A DNA stretch of 64,000 nt from Candidatus Nanopelagicales bacterium. Lineage in GTDB: Bacteria > Actinomycetota > Actinomycetes > S36-B12 > UBA5976. The position numbers and the translations under genes are program-made. The notes under the pieces are model-generated. The model searched no databases. It saw nothing but the letters and a program-made list of their open reading frames with translations, and had not been told where the DNA came from. Below are positions 59,756-64,000 of the stretch, piece by piece. The stretch is taken from contig JBIJDU010000003.1 of NCBI GenBank assembly GCA_044343935.1, positions 5,365 to 69,364 of the forward strand, written 5' to 3'. Every line of letters begins with the position of its first letter. Positions within the stretch are counted from its first letter, which is position 1.

Positions 59756-61296
59756 TGCTTTCCAGCCTTAACCGCACCAGTCATCGCATTACCTAACTCT
59801 TGTGGTGTAACTGTTGCTGGATCGGCATCTGCGACAAATTTTCCACGCAAAATCACTTTGATTGAATCACTCATGCCAATTAATTCATCCAAATCTGCTG
59901 AAATTAAAAGCACTGCTAAACCTTTTTCGCGAGCGGCGCGAAGTTCATCCCAAATTGCCGCTTGCGCACCCACATCAACGCCACGAGTAGGATGCGATGC
60001 AACTAGCAAAATTGGCTCACCTGACATCTCCCGACCAATAATAAATTTCTGTTGGTTGCCGCCAGATAGCGCACTTGCCAGCACATCAACACTTGGCGTG
60101 CGCACGTCAAATTCCGAAATAATTCGCTTGGCATCTTCCCGAGCAAGTTTTGGGGTCAATCTAAAGCCCTTGGCATTTGGTATTTGAGTCTGATGGCCTA
60201 ACATTCGGTTTTCCCAAAGCGGTGCATCAAGCAGTAGCGCCAATCTGGATCTATCTTCAGGTATGTAAGCAACTCCAAGTTCGCGACGCTTTCTAGTTCC
60301 TAGCTCTGAAACATCAACCCCATTAATTACAACTTTTCCGGTTGCTGCTTTAGTACCCATAATTGCTTCAACCAATTCAGATTGGCCGTTACCTTCTACC
60401 CCAGCAATGCCAAGAATCTCGCCAGCATGAATTTCAAAGCTTAAATCTGAAATTTCATCTTTACCATCTTTATTGGTAGCAGTGAGCCCGGATACAGAAA
60501 GAATAACTTTGTCAGTAACAGTTGAGCCACGAGTTTCTGGCGTTGGTAGTTCACTACCCACCATTAATTCCGCTAACTCTTCAGCAGTTACTTGTTGAGT
60601 CTTGAGATTCAAGGTCGCAACTGTGGTGCCGCGGCGAATCACGGTAATTTCATCCGCAATTTCTAACACTTCATCAAGCTTATGGCTGATAAACATAATT
60701 GTTATGCCTTCAGCTTTCAGGCCATTTAGTGCCTCAAACAATTCATCAACTTCATGTGGCACTAGAACTGCAGTTGGTTCATCTAAAATCAAAATACGGG
60801 CACCTCGATAGAGCACCTTTAAGATCTCAACTCGTTGCCGGTCACCAACACCTAGATCGCCAACTAGTGCATCAGGATCAATATCTAATCCGTAATTGGT
60901 GGAAATTTCTACAATTTTATTTCGTGCTGCAGTGAAATCCAACGAACCTGCTTTTCTCGGCTCGCTTCCTAAAACGACATTTTCCAAAACAGTAAAGTTA
61001 TCCGCCAGCATGAAATGTTGGTGCACCATGCCGATACCGACATCAATGGCATCTGATGGTGAGTTAAAAACAATCTCAGTGCCGTTAACTGAAATTGTTC
61101 CTTCATCAGCTTTCTGCATGCCGTAAAGAATCTTCATCAAGGTTGATTTGCCAGCACCATTTTCGCCCACAATGGCATGGACTGTCCCAGATTCAACTTT
61201 TAAGTTGATATCGCTGTTAGCAATGACTCCCGGAAACCGCTTCCAGATCCCCTGCAATTGAACTGCGAGCAAAATCTTTCTCCTTGCTGCCACCAT
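59752..61296 (-). CDS. ABC transporter ATPase with two nucleotide-binding domains
   Basis: First Walker A GENGAGKST, with Walker B ILILDEPT. Second NBD with signature LSGGNQQK. Confidence 0.92.
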   Translation of the reverse strand: MVAARRKILLAVQLQGIWKRFPGVIANSDINLKVESGTVHAIVGENGAGKSTLMKILYGMQKADEGTISVNGTEIVFNSPSDAIDVGIGMVHQHFMLADNFTVLENVVLGSEPRKAGSLDFTAARNKIVEISTNYGLDIDPDALVGDLGVGDRQRVEILKVLYRGARILILDEPTAVLVPHEVDELFEALNGLKAEGITIMFISHKLDEVLEIADEITVIRRGTTVATLNLKTQQVTAEELAELMVGSELPTPETRGSTVTDKVILSVSGLTATNKDGKDEISDLSFEIHAGEILGIAGVEGNGQSELVEAIMGTKAATGKVVINGVDVSELGTRKRRELGVAYIPEDRSRLALLLDAPLWENRMLGHQTQIPNAKGFRLTPKLAREDAKRIISEFDVRTPSVDVLASALSGGNQQKFIIGREMSGEPILLVASHPTRGVDVGAQAAIWDELRAAREKGLAVLLISADLDELIGMSDSIKVILRGKFVADADPATVTPQELGNAMTGAVKAGKQ

Positions 61297-61368
61297 AAAA
61301 ATAGGCCCGGACTGACAATTACGCCAGCCCGAGCCTACCGCTAAGCACTCTAAGAATGCTCAGCCAAA

Positions 61369-62436
61369 TTAGTCGAGCGTGCTGCTTACAACGATTTCAC
61401 CGCTGATGATCTTTGCGGCATATTCGTCAGCAACAGTTGCCAATGGGGCAACTGCTGGGTTTGATGATGAGTAACCCACACCTTCACGGCTTAGATCGAA
61501 GTTCTGGATACCTGATAGTGGTGCACCATCTACCACGCTCTTAATAACTTCGTATACCGAAACATCTACTCGCTTTAGCATTGAGGTGATGATGTTGTCT
61601 TTGAACTCAGCACGTGCTGGTAGCACGTATTCGTCTGAGTCAACACCAATTCCCCAATAGCCAGCAGCAGAGCCACCAGCTGCTGCGATTGCCTGATGCA
61701 TACCAAGTCCTGATCCACCAGCTGCTGCGTAAACAATGTCAACGCCGCTGTCGATCATGCCTTCAGTTGCAATCTTGGCGCGGTCTGGTGCATTCCATGC
61801 GCTGTTGTCACCAGCTGGACCCATGTATGCAACCTGGATCTCAATATCTGGATTTACCGCCTTAGCACCTTGCTCATAACCAGCCTGGAAAGCCTTAATC
61901 AAATCGATTTCCATACCACCAATGAAACCAACTTTGCCTGACTTCGATGCAGTTGCTGCAATTGTTCCGACCAAGAATGAGCCCTGTTCGGCTGCGAAGA
62001 TCAAACTAGCAACGTTTGGTGCATCTACCACTGAGTCAACAATTCCAAAAGTGGTGTCTGGGAATTCTGGAGCTACTTCAGCTAGCGCTGCACTATATGC
62101 GAAGCCAACTGCAATAACTGGGTTGTAACCATCTGCGGCAAGCAAACGTAGTCGCTCAGCGCGCTCTGGGTCGCCATCGCTGTCTGCTGCTTCAACTTCA
62201 TTTACCTCAACACCGAATTCAGAAATAGCGCGGTCTACACCGGCTGCAGCTGCATCGTTGAAGGTACCGTCACCACGGCCACCTGAGTCATAGGCCAAAC
62301 CGACCTTAACTACTGGGGCATCAGTGCCAGCATCAGTTGTCTCATCACTGCTTGAACAAGCAGCCAAAACCAATGCACCAGCAAAAAGTACTGATGCAAT
62401 CTTGATAATCCTGCGCAAAGGATTCTCCTTTTTCAT
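61369..62436 (-). CDS. BMP-family (PnrA-like) nucleoside-binding lipoprotein
   Basis: Start refined to ATG 62436 (MKKENPLRRIIKIASVLFAGALVLAACSSS, lipobox LAAC), with GGAG upstream. The tracked 60-codon extension is rejected. Confidence 0.9.
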   Translation of the reverse strand: MKKENPLRRIIKIASVLFAGALVLAACSSSDETTDAGTDAPVVKVGLAYDSGGRGDGTFNDAAAAGVDRAISEFGVEVNEVEAADSDGDPERAERLRLLAADGYNPVIAVGFAYSAALAEVAPEFPDTTFGIVDSVVDAPNVASLIFAAEQGSFLVGTIAATASKSGKVGFIGGMEIDLIKAFQAGYEQGAKAVNPDIEIQVAYMGPAGDNSAWNAPDRAKIATEGMIDSGVDIVYAAAGGSGLGMHQAIAAAGGSAAGYWGIGVDSDEYVLPARAEFKDNIITSMLKRVDVSVYEVIKSVVDGAPLSGIQNFDLSREGVGYSSSNPAVAPLATVADEYAAKIISGEIVVSSTLD

Positions 62437-62554
62437 ATTTTTGATTTGCCACGAAGACCGTAGCTTTGACCGAATTTTATCGAGTTTTAAGGGGTCGATG
62501 CATACCCAGAACAGCCTCGCTACCGAACTGTTATCAAATCTAGGGTGATTGCTG

Positions 62555-64000
62555 TCACATACTCTCAGCCGGAACGAATTCGCCCCAAACTGAGCGCAGC
62601 ACCTCGCAGATTTCACCCACGGTGGCCATCGCCAAAATCGCCCGCTCCATTGGGTAAAGCAGGTTATCCCCAGATTCTGCGGCGGCCCTCATATCCGTTA
62701 ACGCCTCGGCCACTTCCGCTTGATTTCGTTGGCTGCGAATGGTGGCTAAAGATGCCACTTGCTTGGCCTCAATTGCTGGGTCAATTCTGTACGGCTGATA
62801 TCCCTCAGTGGACTGATCAGCAAACTGATTAACTCCAACAATGATGCGTTGTTGCGAATCAATTTCCCTGGCAATCTGATAAGCGGATTCTTCAATAATG
62901 CGTTTTTGCATTCCTTGCTCAATTGCCGATACCGCCCCACCAAGCTGTTCAATTCGATCAATCAAACGTTTAATCTCAGTTTCTAATTCCAACGTCATTG
63001 CTTCAACTGCATAAGAGCCGGCAAAGGGATCAACGGTGCGAGTGAGATCCGTTTCATGCGCAATCACCTGCTGTGTTCGAAGGGCTAACGTGGCAGCTTT
63101 TGCGGTTGGCAAACCAATTGCTTCATCAAACGAATTCGTGTGCAGTGACTGAGTCCCGCCAAGCACCGCAGCTAATGCTTGAATCGTAACCCGCACTAAA
63201 TTTACTTCTGGCTGCTGTGCTGTTAATTGCACACCAGCTGTTTGAGTATGGAACTTAAGTGCAGTTGACTTATCTGACGTGGCACCAAATTCATCTTTCA
63301 TAATTTGATACCAAACTTTTCTTGCTGCGCGAAACTTTGCTACCTCTTCCAACAAAGTGCTGCGCACCACAAAAAAGAAAGAGAGCCGTGGCGCAAACTC
63401 ATCGACCGCTAACCCAGCTGAAATTGCTGCTCGAACGTAAGCCATGGCGTTAGCCAAGGTGAAGGCAATTTCTTGCGCTGGCGTCGCACCTGCTTCCGCC
63501 ATGTGATAACCAGAAATCGATATTGTGTTCCAGGCGGGAAGCTCAGCGGCACAGTATTGAAAGATATCTGTGGTTAATCGCATTGAGGGTTTTGGTGGAA
63601 AAATGTAGGTGCCGCGTGCGATGTATTCTTTTAGGACATCGTTTTGAAGTGTGCCAGAAAGCTTTGTTAAATCAGCACCTTGCTCTTGTGCTACCAATTT
63701 ATACATCAATAACAAAATAGCCGCTGGGCTGTTAATTGTCATAGATGTTGAGACTTGATCTAATGAAATCCCAGCAAATAGTCTTCGTATGTCAGCGATA
63801 GTGTCTATTGCAACGCCAACTCGTCCTACTTCACCTTTAGCAAGTGGATGATCGGAGTCGTAACCCATCTGAGTTGGTAAATCAAAAGCCACTGATAATC
63901 CAGTAGTACCCTGCTCGATCAGGTCGCGATAGCGTTGGTTTGATTGATCAGCATCACCAAATCCAGCATATTGCCGCATCGTCCAAGTCCGACCCAAGTA
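62555..64000 (-). CDS. methylmalonyl-CoA-mutase-family large (catalytic) subunit, 3' part; no fused B12-binding domain
   Basis: The frame is open to the window edge. TMRQYAGF, TGLSVAFDLPTQMGYDSD and ISISGYHMAEAG motifs. The protein ends right after the TIM-barrel/linker region (VWGEFVPAESM). Confidence 0.9.
   Translation of the reverse strand, partial: YLGRTWTMRQYAGFGDADQSNQRYRDLIEQGTTGLSVAFDLPTQMGYDSDHPLAKGEVGRVGVAIDTIADIRRLFAGISLDQVSTSMTINSPAAILLLMYKLVAQEQGADLTKLSGTLQNDVLKEYIARGTYIFPPKPSMRLTTDIFQYCAAELPAWNTISISGYHMAEAGATPAQEIAFTLANAMAYVRAAISAGLAVDEFAPRLSFFFVVRSTLLEEVAKFRAARKVWYQIMKDEFGATSDKSTALKFHTQTAGVQLTAQQPEVNLVRVTIQALAAVLGGTQSLHTNSFDEAIGLPTAKAATLALRTQQVIAHETDLTRTVDPFAGSYAVEAMTLELETEIKRLIDRIEQLGGAVSAIEQGMQKRIIEESAYQIAREIDSQQRIIVGVNQFADQSTEGYQPYRIDPAIEAKQVASLATIRSQRNQAEVAEALTDMRAAAESGDNLLYPMERAILAMATVGEICEVLRSVWGEFVPAESM

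Noticed and set aside
1-64000. Search for CRISPR arrays, IS elements, long tandem or interspersed repeats
   Set aside because: Reading the intergenic regions and the ORF list, I saw no repeat-spacer periodicity, no transposase/integrase-like ORF and no long identical repeats. Short hairpins are accounted for as terminators.

Overview
This is a 64-kb chromosomal segment of an actinobacterium with moderate to low G+C and very tight gene packing; many neighbouring genes overlap by 1-16 nt. From memory, gene order follows the conserved actinobacterial core known from the Mycobacterium tuberculosis Rv3240c-Rv3315c region. On the left are hpf, lpqB-mtrB-mtrA, ahcY, a SIS-domain isomerase, manB, DUF3499, a whiB2-like gene, manC and an LCP ligase. 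On the right are purE-purK, birA, accD5-accE-maf-accA3, an lpdA-like gene, punA, pmmB, add, deoA and cdd. The right part is expanded into a large nucleoside uptake and catabolism cluster: a BMP-type ABC importer, an NCS2 permease, ribokinase, deoC and two aldehyde-dehydrogenase genes. The left edge carries a partial CopC gene (missed by the ORF track), an ECF cobalt/nickel transporter (cbiM, PDGLE gene, cbiQ, cbiO) and tRNA-Leu(UAG). The right edge carries a partial methylmalonyl-CoA-mutase-type large subunit. The accessory part is 18.1-37.6 kb. It is an ABC-transporter-dependent wall-glycopolymer cluster containing wecB, two sugar-nucleotide dehydrogenases, several glycosyltransferases (one a 742-aa two-module enzyme), a predicted sulfotransferase and a PAPS-generating cysD/cysNC set. 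I read this as a candidate pathway for a sulfated, phosphate-free, teichuronic-acid-like wall polymer. cysD occurs twice (about 85 percent aa identity by hand count). The two copies bracket a ~3-kb lower-GC insert encoding an uncharacterised double zinc-ribbon protein, a small wHTH regulator and an NAD-IDH-like dehydrogenase with an extra C-terminal domain. I saw no transposase, integrase, CRISPR array or rRNA. All family assignments come from motif reading and remembered synteny; no database search was possible.
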